Of a stretch of DNA of 64,000 nt, positions 44,072 to 58,917 are shown piece by piece. Position 1 is the first letter of the stretch, and every line of letters begins with the position of its first letter. The notes beneath the pieces are model-generated. The model ran no database searches. It saw only the letters and a list, made by a program, of their open reading frames with translations, and had not been told where the DNA came from. A program made the translations under genes and the position numbers. Source of the DNA: the human T2T-CHM13v2.0 reference genome, Homo sapiens; NCBI RefSeq assembly GCF_009914755.1, contig NC_060931.1. One strand, written 5' to 3'.

Positions 44072-44366
44072 TAATTAACAAAGGGTTAGCTACACCATAG
44101 TCATTCAATACAATGATAAAAATATCTACTAACTTCCGTTCTGGATTCGAAGTACAATAAATTTTAGTCCCTCATTTATTGAGTACCTGCCAGGTCCACC
44201 GTGCTGGGTGCCAAGTGAGATGCAAAAACAAAGATGACATAATCTCTGTCCAAAGAGACCTTTTTAACACAACTATAAGAGCAAAATAAATGCTAAAAGA
44301 GATGCAGAAGCAATGCATCAAGGGAGGGTTCGGGGCTTCACCACGGTGAGTTCAAAAAAGAGGTGG

Positions 44367-44667
44367 GGCCAGGCATGGTGGCTCATGCCTATAATCCCAG
44401 CACATTGGGAGCCTGAGGCAGACAGATCACTTGAGGGTCAGAAGTTCAAGACCAGCCTGACCAACATGGTGAAACCCCGTCTCTACTAAAAATACAAAAA
44501 TTAGCTGAGTGTGGTAGCTGGTGCCTGTAGTCCCAACTACTCGGGAGGCTGAGGTGGGAGAATCGCTTGAACCCAGGAGGCGGAGGTTGCAGTGAGCCAA
44601 GATCAATGCCACTGCACTCCAGTCTAGGTGACAAAGCGAAACTCTGTCTCAAAAAAAAAAAAAAAAA
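44367..44667 (+). mobile_element. Alu
   Basis: Forward dimer; A-tail followed by a G run. Confidence 0.95.
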
Positions 44668-44889
44668 GGGGGGGGTGGGCTTCAAGCCAGATATGAAAAC
44701 TCTACATTTCATTGTTAAAATAATCTTGAAGGATGCTGTAAAAATGTTTATATTTTTCAATGTTATTAAACATTTACAAGTAGCATTTACCTAGCAACCA
44801 ATGCCAATTCTTTTTCATTAAAACAGGTAATCTACTAGGCAAAACTTCATTAACTTGGCTTCAGTTAGATTATTTAAATTAATTAGGTC

Positions 44890-45193
44890 TTATTATTTTT
44901 TTTTTTTCTTTGAGACAGAGTCTTGCTCTGTTGCCTAGGCTGGAGTGCAATGGCGTGATCTTGGTTCACTGCAACCTCTGTTTTCTAGGTTCAAGCGATT
45001 CTCCCTGCCTCAGCCTCCCAAGTAGCTGAGATTACAGGTAGGTGCCACCACGCCTGGCTAATTTTTGTATTTTTAGTAGAGACAGGGTTTCACCATGTTG
45101 GCCTGGTTGGTCTTGAACTCCTGACCTCAGGTGATCTGGCGCGCCGGCCTCCCAAAGTGCTAGGATTACAGGCATGAGCCAACGCGCCTGGCC
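44890..45193 (-). mobile_element. Alu
   Basis: Reverse dimer. Confidence 0.95.
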
Positions 45194-47153
45194 ACTTCTT
45201 TAATTATTCCAAAGTTCAGGTTAGTTGTCAATATAATAGACATGGATTATTAAACTTTTGTTGTACTACCAAAAATCCATTTAGCTCACTATACAAAACA
45301 TCTTAAAGCTTTTACCACTTCCAGTGATTTTTATGGTTAATTCTGTCCCTCAACAAAGTAACTAAGGAGTGTCTGGGATCACATTTAGAGATTGCCTCTC
45401 TAAGGAGTACATATCTAGTTTTTAACATCTTAGAAATCTTTTATTTTTAAATTCTACTCAATCAGCATTTATTCAGTACCTACAACGTATTTCTTTTACT
45501 ACGTAAAAAGAAATATCAGGTAAAAGGTTTTGATGAGTGATTGCAACAAACCAATCATCCAGTAAACATTTCCCAAGCGGCATCTGTGCACATCTCCCAG
45601 TAGAATCAGTGCTTCAGTTGACCCTGCCTAAGGGGCTCCTGGGGAAATTCCTCTTGAGGGACAACAACTTTGAAAAGGCTCACCATAAAACACTCTAGAG
45701 TCACCAGACTACAAGGCATCTTTAAATGTTCTTTTTTTCCCCTCCACCAATGATTCTCAAAGATAGGGCATCCCATCAATCATGCTAGAAAGATCAGATG
45801 ATTACCTGCTTTAAAAATCTTTACTAGACAATTTTGCTTCCCAAACTCTCTTGGTGAATACATTCTGGTTTTTATAAATTTTTGCACAAGAGATTAGAGG
45901 GCAGGCTAGGGCCTGTGCGTGGGTGGAGACAGACAGGAAGTGTGTATGGAATAGAGAAAAAGAGGAAGGGAGTGTAGGAACAAAACTTACTTAGGGTTAA
46001 GAATCATAGGACATTCCTGAGTTTATGACATAATTTGGGGAATTGCATATGCCACTTTTATCTCATCAAGAAGGACTTTAGGAGTGATGACAGCTTTGAA
46101 CTGAGGAGTCATTTACTAAAGGATTCAACATGTGTTCTGGGAGTCACAAAGGAAAAGTCAGAAAAGTGATTCCACAAGCAGACAGCATTCTGTCTTTCTT
46201 CCCTGCTTTTATGGAATTATCCTAGCTTCCTCCTCTCTGGAGGTTTTCTAAGAACAGATATTCACACCGGATTTCAGAGGCTACATGCTGTACTGGGTCT
46301 ATGGCACGACCTCGAACAGAACAAACCCAAATAAAGAGGACAAACACAACATGTTCTTGCTGCTGAATACCTCATTCCTTCCCAGCAGACTACTATGGTG
46401 TTGGGAAATAATTGGGAAAGAAAGTCCATTTTTGAGTACATGAAGCTTGCTCAATGAATTCAGAGTGTTCTCTCTGGGAAGACTCAAGGCCACAGGGAAA
46501 CATCTGTCTATTCTCTCAGCAGTCACTTACACTATCTGTTCCAGATGTTCTGACTCTGAGCCAGGAACAGAGACCAACATTCTCTTTGACTCGAAGGTGG
46601 TTAAACTCCCACAGATTTAACATCTTGCCAAATGTGTGTTCTGATAGCTTCTGGTGGAGCTTTATGCTTCATTTATTCAAGGAATACTAGCATATTTAAG
46701 TAGCTCAACATTATCTCATGTGATTTTCATTAATGGACTTGGAAGTCACAAAAAAAAAAAAGAAAAAAAGAAAATGAAAAGATTCTCTACACAAATCAAA
46801 ACAGGAGTCCATTTTCCATGTGCTTAGATTGTTGAAAAATAAAATGGTTGATGATACCAACTGTTGCTGGGGATGGGGGAAAAGGTACTTTTGTAACTGA
46901 TAGGAAAATAAACTAGTTCAATATGTCTGGAACAACCTAACATTCTCTATTAAAATTAAAAATACATATGTACTTTGACTTAGCAGTTCCATCACTGGGA
47001 ATCTAGTCCATAGAGGTACCTACACACATTTATCAAGACATACAAAAAATATTTTGCATGTCTTTTTGAGAAACAACTGAATGTCACCCATTCCTGTAAG
47101 TCATGACTTTCCTGGAAGACTGAGGACAAGAGCATACGTAGAGCTCCATTTAC

Positions 47154-47233
47154 CTGTTGTTTAAGGCTCCCCCAAGGTCACAGTCACATGGTCGACATCC
47201 ATCCAAATCATTGCTTAAGCCCCAGTGCTCTGG
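47154..47233 (-). CDS. LAMB1: LAMB1 exon 13 (80 nt), LE4/LE5
   Basis: Acceptor CTGCAG|CCA; donor CAG|GTAAAT; [26 protein letters not shown]. Confidence 0.97.
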
Positions 47234-47660
47234 CTGCAGAACAAAACGTGAAACATGTAACGGTAGGTTTCTGTAATTATGCAACAGACTCAGCAACAAG
47301 CAAGTTAAAGCTTGTTTCGGCTGTTCCACCAAATGCTCATTTTCATCATTAAAGCAGAAAGCCAACAAAAGGAAGGAGTATTCTGAAATCAAGAAACCTG
47401 AGCTGTAGGCACTGGCGTAAGAGAGCCGTTCACAATCACAGGATCGTGCCAGGTCAAAGACTAGCTGCTCTGCCCTATAGATAACCTCCATCCAACAACT
47501 AAGAAGAGCAAGCAGTAAAGATACCAATTTTCCTCATTATAATTACTCTGGCTGTAAGAGAATTATGGCAAGGATTTGGCAGGCCTTTAAATCTGCCCTC
47601 AGTTCAGTCTGTCATCAATCCCATACAGAAAGCCCTCCAAGAATTTATGTGGAAATGTAG

Positions 47661-48240
<580 letters not shown>

Positions 48241-48449
48241 GCTCATCAATTTAGACTTCCAGAAATCTCCTTTAAGAATATATTAAGATTATATATAAAT
48301 ATACATATTTAATGGTAATAATTTGGGGGTAGTGAATCCTCCCTAAATTAGAAAGTATAACAATGTTATTAAAAATACAGATTTTTAAAAACTTATCTCA
48401 TAATTATCCTACTTGGAATTATTACAGTGAACTTTTTGGTGTATTTCCT

Positions 48450-49030
48450 TCCAGATTTTGTTTTCCTTGATGAATTTTATTTCCTACTTAATCAAGATAC
48501 TATTCATATCCTGTGTGTGTTTTTTTTTTTAAATATAGCAAGCAGCATGAGCATTTCCTGATGTTATTGTCATTTTCAGTGGCAACCAAATATTACATTG
48601 TATAGAAGTCCCCACACTTAACTATTTTTCCACTGTTGTTTCCAAGTCTTCTGCTATGATTAATAAAAGATGCAATGAGTCTTCTGGAGAATAAATCTTT
48701 GTCCAATTTTCTGATTATTTCATTAGAATAGATTCCCAGAGGTGGGGTTACTGGGTCAAAGGGTATGCCCATTTCTACAAGCTACTGATATGTATCTCCA
48801 AAATGCTTTTCACAAAAGTACAAACCAATATGGATGCCCACCAGCAGCCAAGAAGTAGCAGTACCTCATGATATCCTAATAGTAAACATTCCCATTTTTA
48901 AAAACTTGTGTTAATTGTGTCTATAAAAGTGGTATTTTATTGTGGCTTTCCTTTACACTTCTAACAGGGATGGTGAACATCTTGTGAAATCATCCATTAG
49001 TAATTCCTATTGTGTGCATTGTCTACTCAT
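48450..49030 (-). mobile_element. Old L1M 3' fragment
   Basis: ttagaatagattcccagaggtggggttactgggtcaaagggtatg and cccaccagcag motifs; ends approximate. Confidence 0.7.
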
Positions 49031-49147
49031 GTCTTTTAACACGTACACGTGAGGGTGATCGCAGACTCTACAATGGCGAAAAGGCTTCTCTATTAAAACA
49101 TGTCATCCTCACCAACCACCCATCCCACGTAATGAGGATTTACTTAC

Positions 49148-49260
49148 CAGGCACTGGTCACAATGCTGTCCTGTCACCAGACGCTTGCAGTAGCAGTGAC
49201 CTGTCTCGGAATCACAAGGATTCCCTCCAGGAATTGTTCCCAGAGGATTGCAAGCACAAG
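49148..49260 (-). CDS. LAMB1: LAMB1 exon 12 (113 nt), first part of LE4, contains LGTIPG
   Basis: Acceptor ATACAG|CT; donor CTG|GTAAGT; [15 protein letters not shown]...CDQCL (translated by hand, not in the ORF track in this frame). Confidence 0.97.
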
Positions 49261-49395
49261 CTGTATTAAAACAAAATGAAGTGGAGAAACACAGACCACG
49301 TGAGTTTCAAATAATAATCTGGCTTTGGAATTACAAAGTAAAATGGGAATTTCAAACACAAGAAAACTCCCAAACTTTTTAGCAAACAGACCTAC

Positions 49396-49575
49396 ATTTA
49401 CAACCAAATGGATCTTCACTGCTTAAATCATAGAAGCCTTCTTTGCAAACATCACAATGTTCTCCTTCCACATTTAATTTACACCGACACTGGCCAGCAA
49501 TGAGACCAGTAGAAAAATCAGTATAGCTGTCACAAATTCCCTCATTTTGAGAGCCAGCTGGGTCACACGTACATC
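49396..49575 (-). CDS. LAMB1: LAMB1 exon 11 (180 nt, phase 1-1), LE3
   Basis: Acceptor TCTCAG|GA; donor AAT|GTAGGT; CTCDPAGSQNEGIC...PFGCK. Confidence 0.98.
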
Positions 49576-49850
49576 CTGAGAAGAATGCAAAGCACCAGGT
49601 TAAAATCAGGAGGAAACTCAATGTATCTTTGTATAAATACATATATTCCCTTCCTCCCTCTAAATCTCACAAAAGTCGACTAAAAGCAGCACAACTACCA
49701 AGTAAATTCCACTCCCAGCGTCTTCAACTGCAATTACAATAACAATGCTGGCTTTACTGCTCATACTATGAGCTCTGAGACTACTGACTATTCAGTTTGG
49801 AAGGCAATCTGAAGTAGGTCCCACACAGTGAGTGACATTTCTCAACATAC

Positions 49851-50039
49851 GTTCACAGAAATTAGGATCTCGGATGTCCCTCTCTGGGTGCTGGTAGTAA
49901 AACGGCTTGCACTGCTCACAGTTGCGCCCCATGGTGTTGTGCTGACAGTCATCACACACGCCTCCGCTGACGTTCCCCGTGGCCAGGTAAACAGCCATGT
50001 CAAAGTGACAAGAGATGGAATGTTCATTGCAGTTACATT
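49851..50039 (-). CDS. LAMB1: LAMB1 exon 10 (189 nt, phase 1-1), LE2
   Basis: Acceptor ACGCAG|AA; donor AAC|GTATGT; [13 protein letters not shown]...PNFCE. Confidence 0.98.
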
Positions 50040-50965
50040 CTGCGTGACAAGAGCAACGTCAAGAAAAGCTTTTTAAATCTATGGACCAATGGAGGATGGG
50101 GGTGGCAGGAAGATCCTTTAGGAAACCAGGGACTAAGTTCAGACAAAATGGCAGTCAACAAGCAGGACTCCTGGGGAAAAAGGACGCATCCACCGATGAC
50201 ACTGTTTAAACCCTAAAGTAGATGAGAAATCTCAAAAATGTGAACTTTATAAAATAAACAGTTATCTGACCTCTGTGGAAGAGAATGGGCTATGAAAAAT
50301 GGAAAACTCTAAGGGAAAGTCCCTTTGGAAGTGTATGACAGAGGATGGCTGCCATCCCACTGAGGGCGCTTTCTGGTCCACTCGAGGTGGGACTGGATGG
50401 AAGAACACTGTAGCGAGGGACCTTCCAGATGATGTGCTGCTAGGAAAGCCTGTCCACGGGCTCCCTGCTTCAAGGACCGTGAGGCCTGAAGGATGGATTC
50501 CCTTCTCCGTATTCCCATATTCCCACCACCACACCAGGCCAGGCCATAGTAAGGAAGGTAGGTCTGTTTAACAGCCAGCTAGCTGACCCCCTTGGGTGCA
50601 GCGCTTCCTTCTGCGAGCCCATTCGGCGGTCATCTTGGTGCCACCCAGCTTTAATCATCTCGCTCTCGGGCTTAACAATCCCATTCTTGTCTTTGCACAG
50701 GGAAGCTTGACTCAGCCTGGCCCTCCTGAGCCTCTGCACTCCAGCCTCCCACCTTGCCTGTCTCCCCCTGCAACACAACAGCCTGCAGAAGAGGGACTGT
50801 GTCTTATCTACTCACATCCTTGGTGCCCAACAGAGTACTGCTCTCAATACACTGGTTGAAGTGAACCTTGGAGTAATCCTTCCCAGCATGGACTCTGTGA
50901 TGGTTTCAAGAACATCCTTGCGGCCTTGTGCTTCACATTGTTGTTCTTACCTGAACTCCCTCCCA

Positions 50966-51372
50966 TCTTCCTTCCTCTCTTTTCCTTTTCTTTCCTCTCT
51001 CTCCTTCCTTCCTTTCCTCTCCTTCCTTCCTTTCCTCTCCCTCCTTCCTTCCTTTCCTCTCCCTCCTTCCTTCCTTTCCTCTTCCTCCTTCCTTCCTTTC
51101 CTCTCTCTCCTTCCTTCCTTTCCTCTCCCTCCTTCCTTCCTTTCCTCTCCCTCCTTCCTTCCTTTCCTCTCCCTCCTTCCTTCCTTTCCTCTCCTTCCTT
51201 CCTTTCCTCTCCCTCCTTCCTTCCTTTCCTCTCCCTCCTTCCTTCCTTTCCTCTCCCTTCCTTCCTTTCCTCTCCCTCCTTCCTTCCTTTCCTCTCCCTC
51301 CTTCCTTCCTTTCCTCTCTCTCCTTCCTTCCTTTCCTCCCCTTCCCTTCCTCCCTCCCTCCCTTCCTTCTCC
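50966..51372. repeat. 407-bp pure C/T (purine on the LAMB1 sense strand) minisatellite-like tract, unit ~22 bp CCTCTCCCTCCTTCCTTCCTTT with shorter variants
   Basis: No A or G between 50966 and 51372; explains the four low-complexity ORFs here. Confidence 0.97.
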
Positions 51373-51745
51373 ATGTTAAGTATCCATCAAGGGCCATCTG
51401 GTTTTTACCTACAAAGCAAGCCTTGACCACTCCCTACTCTCACTGGCTGCTGAACTTCTATAATAGTCCTTCTCAGTGGGGGCAGAGGCGGAGCTGCTCT
51501 TCAAGGGGAGGACATGCATCAGAATCACTGTTTGTGGAGTGGGGAGGGGCAGTGGTGTTGCCGGCTACATCTCCACCCGGAGAAAACCCCTGAGATGGAT
51601 GGAGGGAGGTATGCCAGAGGCCGCAGCTGGACTGGCACAGAAACAAGGCCAAAAATGCTACTCCATATCTCTTAGACCTTCATCAGCTACCCTGCCATAT
51701 AGTTCTTTCATTTTTCTCTCACGGTCATCTTGCCTTAAAAACAGC

Positions 51746-52022
51746 CCTGGCGCGGTGGCTCACATCTGTAAACTCCCAGCACTTTGGGAGGCCAAGGTGG
51801 GTAGATCACTTGAGGTCAGGAGTTCAAGACCAGCCTGACTAACATGATGAAACCTCTCCTCTACTAAAATTACAAAAAAAATTAGCAGGGCATGGTGGCG
51901 CGTGCCTGTAATCTCAGCTACTCCAGGAGAATCGCTTGAACCTGGGAGGCAGAGGTTGCAGTGAGCCGCCTGTGCCACTGCACTACAGCCTAGGCGACAA
52001 AAAAAAACCAAAAAACAAAACA
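51746..52022 (+). mobile_element. Alu with small right-arm deletions
   Basis: Forward dimer; cagctactc joins directly to caggagaatc. Confidence 0.9.
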
Positions 52023-52286
52023 GATACAATGTCAAGGACAGCACCTTAGTTTTCTACTGTAGCTGCCAAACTACTCAGCTCAGTGTCAAACACACAGAGG
52101 CTGTTCAGTGAATATTAATTAACTGAATGCAGATTGTTGGTTGTCTAGGAGTATCAGGGTGAAGCTGGAAAAAAGACAGTAACTTTTCTACCCTCTGCAA
52201 AACAGTACACTGTTACAGTACCTCTAATTAGGAAATGGATACTAGAGCCTGAATGGATTTAAAATGTCCCTTCAACACAGACTTAC

Positions 52287-52407
52287 TTTTACAGGCGTTG
52301 CTGTTTCGGCCTTCAGCAGGTCTCCAAGGTAAATCATGGTAGAAATCCATGCAGAGTTCACAGTTTAAGCCCTTGGTGTTATGCCTGCACATGCAGTGTC
52401 CGTGAAC
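52287..52407 (-). CDS. LAMB1: LAMB1 exon 9 (121 nt), second half of LE1
   Basis: Acceptor TTTCAAG|GTT; donor AAA|GTAAGT; [16 protein letters not shown]...NACK. Confidence 0.97.
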
Positions 52408-54031
52408 CTTGAAAGTTATAAAAACAGGAGAGAACAAAGGAAGAGATGTATGAATAGCCACGTTTCTCCATAATCAATTGAAAGTTTAAAACCCTTTTTC
52501 ATACTAATCTCTAGCTCACCACAGAAAAGGGTTGTTTGGTTGTTTTTATTTTCTCCCTGCCTGCAGTGAGTTGTCTGTCTTGTTGATGGCTACATGCCTC
52601 ATCTCTAGAATGTTCCTATTACATAGTGGATGCACAAGAAATATTTTACTGAGTATCTATGAAAAGAACCCAGATGAAGAAAATTACTTAAAATTAAAAA
52701 AAAAAAAAAAAACTAGTTACTTAAGATTTTTTTAAGAAAACCTATTGTAATAGAAATCTACAAAAGTTATAATGTAGAACTAAATGCATACATACCACCT
52801 GGAAACCAATTTATATTACTGCACGATTTACCACTTAGCCAAATCACCATTTTTTTAAAAAGGTTTTTGTTAGCTAGCTTATTTTAGTTTTTTTTTACTT
52901 CAGGCATAGCACTTAAATTTTTCTTTCAATGACAGTAAAATTTTAAAAATTAATCATTTATCACATTTACATTTATGTTTTCCTTTTATGTAAGGAAATA
53001 TAAGATCTCGTAAAAGAAATATATTAATTTGCCTGATGAAAGGCCCATGATATATGATTTTGCCTTGTGTCACTGTAAGGCACACTTACGACCCTTGAGG
53101 CATATAAATGATAAATGAATTACGGCCTTTTGGTCCACTAAATATGCATGTATATGGGCATCTCACCTTAACAAGAGTTTCTACAGAATGGAATTCAGGA
53201 ACAGGACAGACAGGTCCCTCCTGGACCCACCTTGGTGGGAATGCAGTTAGCAGAAGACTAAAGTCCTGTTATTACCAGGTGGTTTTACATAAACTGAAAA
53301 CCAGTTCCAAAGCACATACCATAAGACCCTACTGGGCCTGAATCAACAGCACATGCTGTGAGACCCGTGATAGTAACAGGACATTAGCTACACAGCTGAT
53401 TTGTTATGCCGTAAAGGGAACATAATCTACCTAGCATTCTGAAAGATGGACCAATAAGATTAGAGAAATACCTCCCTCCCCTTCAGGCTCCGTCAAAAAT
53501 TCAACTTCTGTTGTGCAACAAAAGTTCTAACTGGAGTAAAGGGAAGGCAGAAGTTTTTAAAGGGCTGAATACACTCAATCCTGTACCTTCTAAGGACTAA
53601 CAATCTTTGAAAAGGCAACAGCACATAAGCACAGCCTTCATGAGGGGAGGCCACAGCTTAGGGGAAGGAACCCTGGGGCTGAGTGAGGAGAGGCTTGAGC
53701 TTCCACCTGCTGCTCATTTACTTAGGGCTCTCTAGTAAATTACTTAATCCTTGGGCTCTATCACCAATAGTTGGTCTAGGTGATCTCATAAGTCCTATCT
53801 GGCCTTAAAATCCTCTAGGTCTGTAAGAATTCTCCTAGATACTAATAGAATAAACTCATCTATCCATTTGGCAAATCACCCAAATCCCAAATTTCAAAAT
53901 GTACATAAGTTGCAAATGTGGCATAAAAGTGGGGAAAAGAATGGAATTAGGAGGAAAAGATAGAAAGAAACCAACTCCATTTGATCCCTAAAATGATATC
54001 CCATGGGTGTGGGTTAAAATTTTCCAGCCGT

Positions 54032-54486
<455 letters not shown>

Positions 54487-54849
54487 TCAATTTATGCCTT
54501 CTAGCATAACTGCGGTTTTTAATCTTCCCTATGTAAAGGCAGACTCAATTGTTATTTAGACAACTTTTTAATCCTTGTTGACTAAAATATCTACTTTAGC
54601 AATAGCCTGAAGCAACAAATTCCAAAAATTCATCGTCTATGAAATGAGTAGTCTGTACATTCTCCGTGTCCAAGAAACTCTTCAAAGAGAAAATCAACAA
54701 TCAGCTACCTGTATGGTGCAAAGGGCTAAATGTAACTCTGTAAAACTAAAACCCCCAGAAAATGTAAAAGGCTTAAGGTAAGACTAGCTTCACTTTGCAT
54801 TTTATTACCAGCCACATAAAGGAGAAAGGTGCACAGAGGGCTTACTTAC

Positions 54850-55052
54850 CATTCCTTCCACTTCTTCATTGAATCCATCCACAGGGGCACATTCGCTGGC
54901 ATGACCATAGCAGAAGCAATTTCCTCGAACCACCATATCATAAACTGCATAATAATACTTTTCTCTGATTTCCATCCTGGAATCCAGAAGGTTATCTCCC
55001 AAAGTATGCAGTTTCACAAACTTGATTCTCAAGTTGGTAATTTTTAATAAAT
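54850..55052 (-). CDS. LAMB1: LAMB1 exon 8 (203 nt), end of LN and start of LE1
   Basis: Acceptor CCTAG|AT; donor ATG|GTAAGT; [11 protein letters not shown]...[13 protein letters not shown]...EGM. Confidence 0.98.
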
Positions 55053-55260
55053 CTAGGAAGGTCATCAAGAAGATGAAAAGTCTGATCAGACAAGCAAGAA
55101 GTTTTTTTTTTTTTCCTTGCATCATTTCTTTTTAGAGAAAGGCATGACACATGAAAATAGCTTAAGTTCCTCCTCTTGTATGATCTAGATGACTCCAATA
55201 GTGAAGCCTAACATAACATGACTGCAAAGAGGAAAGGTTACTGCCCTCTCATCAGTTTCA

Positions 55261-55790
<530 letters not shown>

Positions 55791-57760
55791 TAGCTATTCT
55801 GTGATGGGTCTGTTTGCAGAACAGCTATTTAGGAAGAAGTGTGAAAGTGGAGAAATTATAAGAACGCAGCTGCATGACTGCTGGAACCTGCGGGCAGACA
55901 GTAATTTGAAGTAGCACAATGCCATCTGCTTCCCACAGCAATTAGTGTCAGTTTCAACATGAGAAAATTCCATTCAGGTAGGAAAAGATTTATCAAAGCA
56001 CTCCAGTTCTCATTGTTATTATAAGATAGTTAGAAACATTTTTGTCTCTATTTTTGGAAGGGAAAATTTGAAATTTCCCACCACTTAAATGACATCCAAG
56101 TTACCAAAATAGTGTTAACGCTATAGAATAACTACAACCTAAGGAGAGAACATTTCAAGTTTTTAAGCAACATTTTGGTCCACAACTTTTTTGTCCCAGT
56201 TTTACAAAACGTTTCCACATTTCTCAATATTATATAGTGACATAAGCATAAATAAGCTTAGTATTAGGATGTGGGGCAAATTATTTTTTCTCAAATACAA
56301 GTTACCTCTAAATCAATTTTATCTTTCCCTCTTCTTCCTAGGTCTGCAGACTTCTGCTTATTGTAAATGCTGGGCTACCAATTCATTCTATAGTAACTAG
56401 ACAAACGAAGAGCCATTCAACCTTCTCCACGGGGTTTTCGTGAGTTACTAAGTTCTTCATGCTGAACTGGATCCCCAGAGATTGATTCATCTGTCTGCAC
56501 TCTCAAGCTCTGTAGCCTGAAACGGTTCTTTACTGTCATTTATGTCTGTGCATTCTTATAAATTACAACATAAGACAACAGGGTAGTGGCCCAGTACATC
56601 AGATATTTTCACAGCCCAAATACAATTTCAAATGCTTTTAATACATGCATAGCTTACAATGAAGCTATAGAAATGGCTGCGGGTAGAAAGGAAAAGTCCA
56701 TGTGTTAAACTTAGGTTCTTTGTAAAATCAAAAACTAAACAGAGAAACCGTGGTACTCCCCAACTGAATGGCAGTTATGAACGCCAACATTTTCTCCTGC
56801 ACAAATCCTCCTGCACAAAATGAGCACAAGCGCCTATTGACAAGAGGCCAAACAACAAACTTGAAGAGCAGCTGGAGTATTTAGAAACCCTTGAACTGAC
56901 CTTTGTGGAAACCCCTCAGTAGAGCAAATATGCTCCCCCCACTCTCTCCTGCCATATTTAAAAAGCGAGCCTCATCTTGACTGCTATTCTAAGTGGCAAA
57001 TCACTTTTGAAGTGAGTCTCAGGTCTCAACAATAGACAACTAAAGAGATATTGCTCCCTTGATTACAAAGTAAATCAAATGCATGATCAGCTAACATGCA
57101 TGCTTCCGTAACATAGAAAAAGATTCTCCGATGCCATTTAACCACAAAAGACAAAAGAATCAAAATTATAAAGACAACACATCCTCCAAGTCCCACAAAT
57201 TTCACCTTAAAGGGAGCAGATGGTTGAGTCCTTTTAGGGACTTAGGGGGTGTCTGTCCCAGAGCCCTTGTGGACGTTTTTCATAACTGCACTTTGAGACA
57301 TGCAGGAAAGGCCTCATGGCTCACTCAGAAATTGGCGCAGAGCTGGACACATCTATTAAATATTTGTTTTACAAGAGAATGAATGAGTAAATTACAGACC
57401 AGAGACAGGCTGGGCCACATGTAAAATTAATTTAAATGGGGAAGCAGCATTTTTCTGGCAATATTCCCTGGACTTCTTCCACTCCACTCTTCCTTGCTTC
57501 AAGCTTGGAAGTTTTTTGGGGCCTTGGTTAAAAATAGGGCCTTGTGCAGCTGGGAAAGATCAGCAAGAATCAGCCCCGCCTCTACTCAACTGGTTGCACC
57601 TTAGTAGCAGGAGAGGCAGGCTCACCTTTCATTCCAACATTTGGAACTAGTCCTGTGCAAAACCCAAACCAAAGCTGATAGTCACAGCAACATCAACAGC
57701 AACAAATGTAGCAACAGCTTTGATGTACTGAACACATTTATGATTTATGAACACATTTAA

Positions 57761-58052
<292 letters not shown>

Positions 58053-58452
58053 GTGAGCCCATTCTTTTAATTACCATACATGCCTCCCAAGAAGATTAAA
58101 ATGTAATTGTGTAATAAGAGCAGTTGTTGAATGTGGTAAAGAGCTCTGAACTGAGCACCGTAACATATGGATTCAAGATCTGACTGCCATTTAATAGCCA
58201 TATCACTTTACGTAATAACATCCAACTCTATAAGCTTCAGCTTATTTTTCTATTAAACGGAAATGCAACCCTCATTTTATTGAGTATATTGAGAATGGCA
58301 GAGACTTCTGATTTCTCTTCAGTATTCTTTCTTCCCTTGTTCCTTTGACAGTAAGAGCCCTCGCCAAGAGTGTTAGTAGAGCACATGAAACACCTAGAGA
58401 TGTTTCCCAGTGTCTCCTGCAGTATAGCCACGTGACTAATTCTGGCCAATGA

Positions 58453-58800
<348 letters not shown>

Positions 58801-58917
58801 TAAATGGAATTTGCTTGCCTCGTCTTCCCTCTTCTCCCGAGTTGAGGTGAGGACATAGTGGTGGTGGTCTAACTCTAACCATGTGAATAAACCTGGAAAC
58901 ATGGATGGCCTTATAAC

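Noticed and set aside
50844-51430. Four long ORFs (165-176 aa) rich in E/R/K/G or P/S/F/L
   Set aside because: They result from the pure purine/pyrimidine repeat, which cannot contain stop codons; not independent genes. The only coding idea kept is the cryptic-exon hypothesis.
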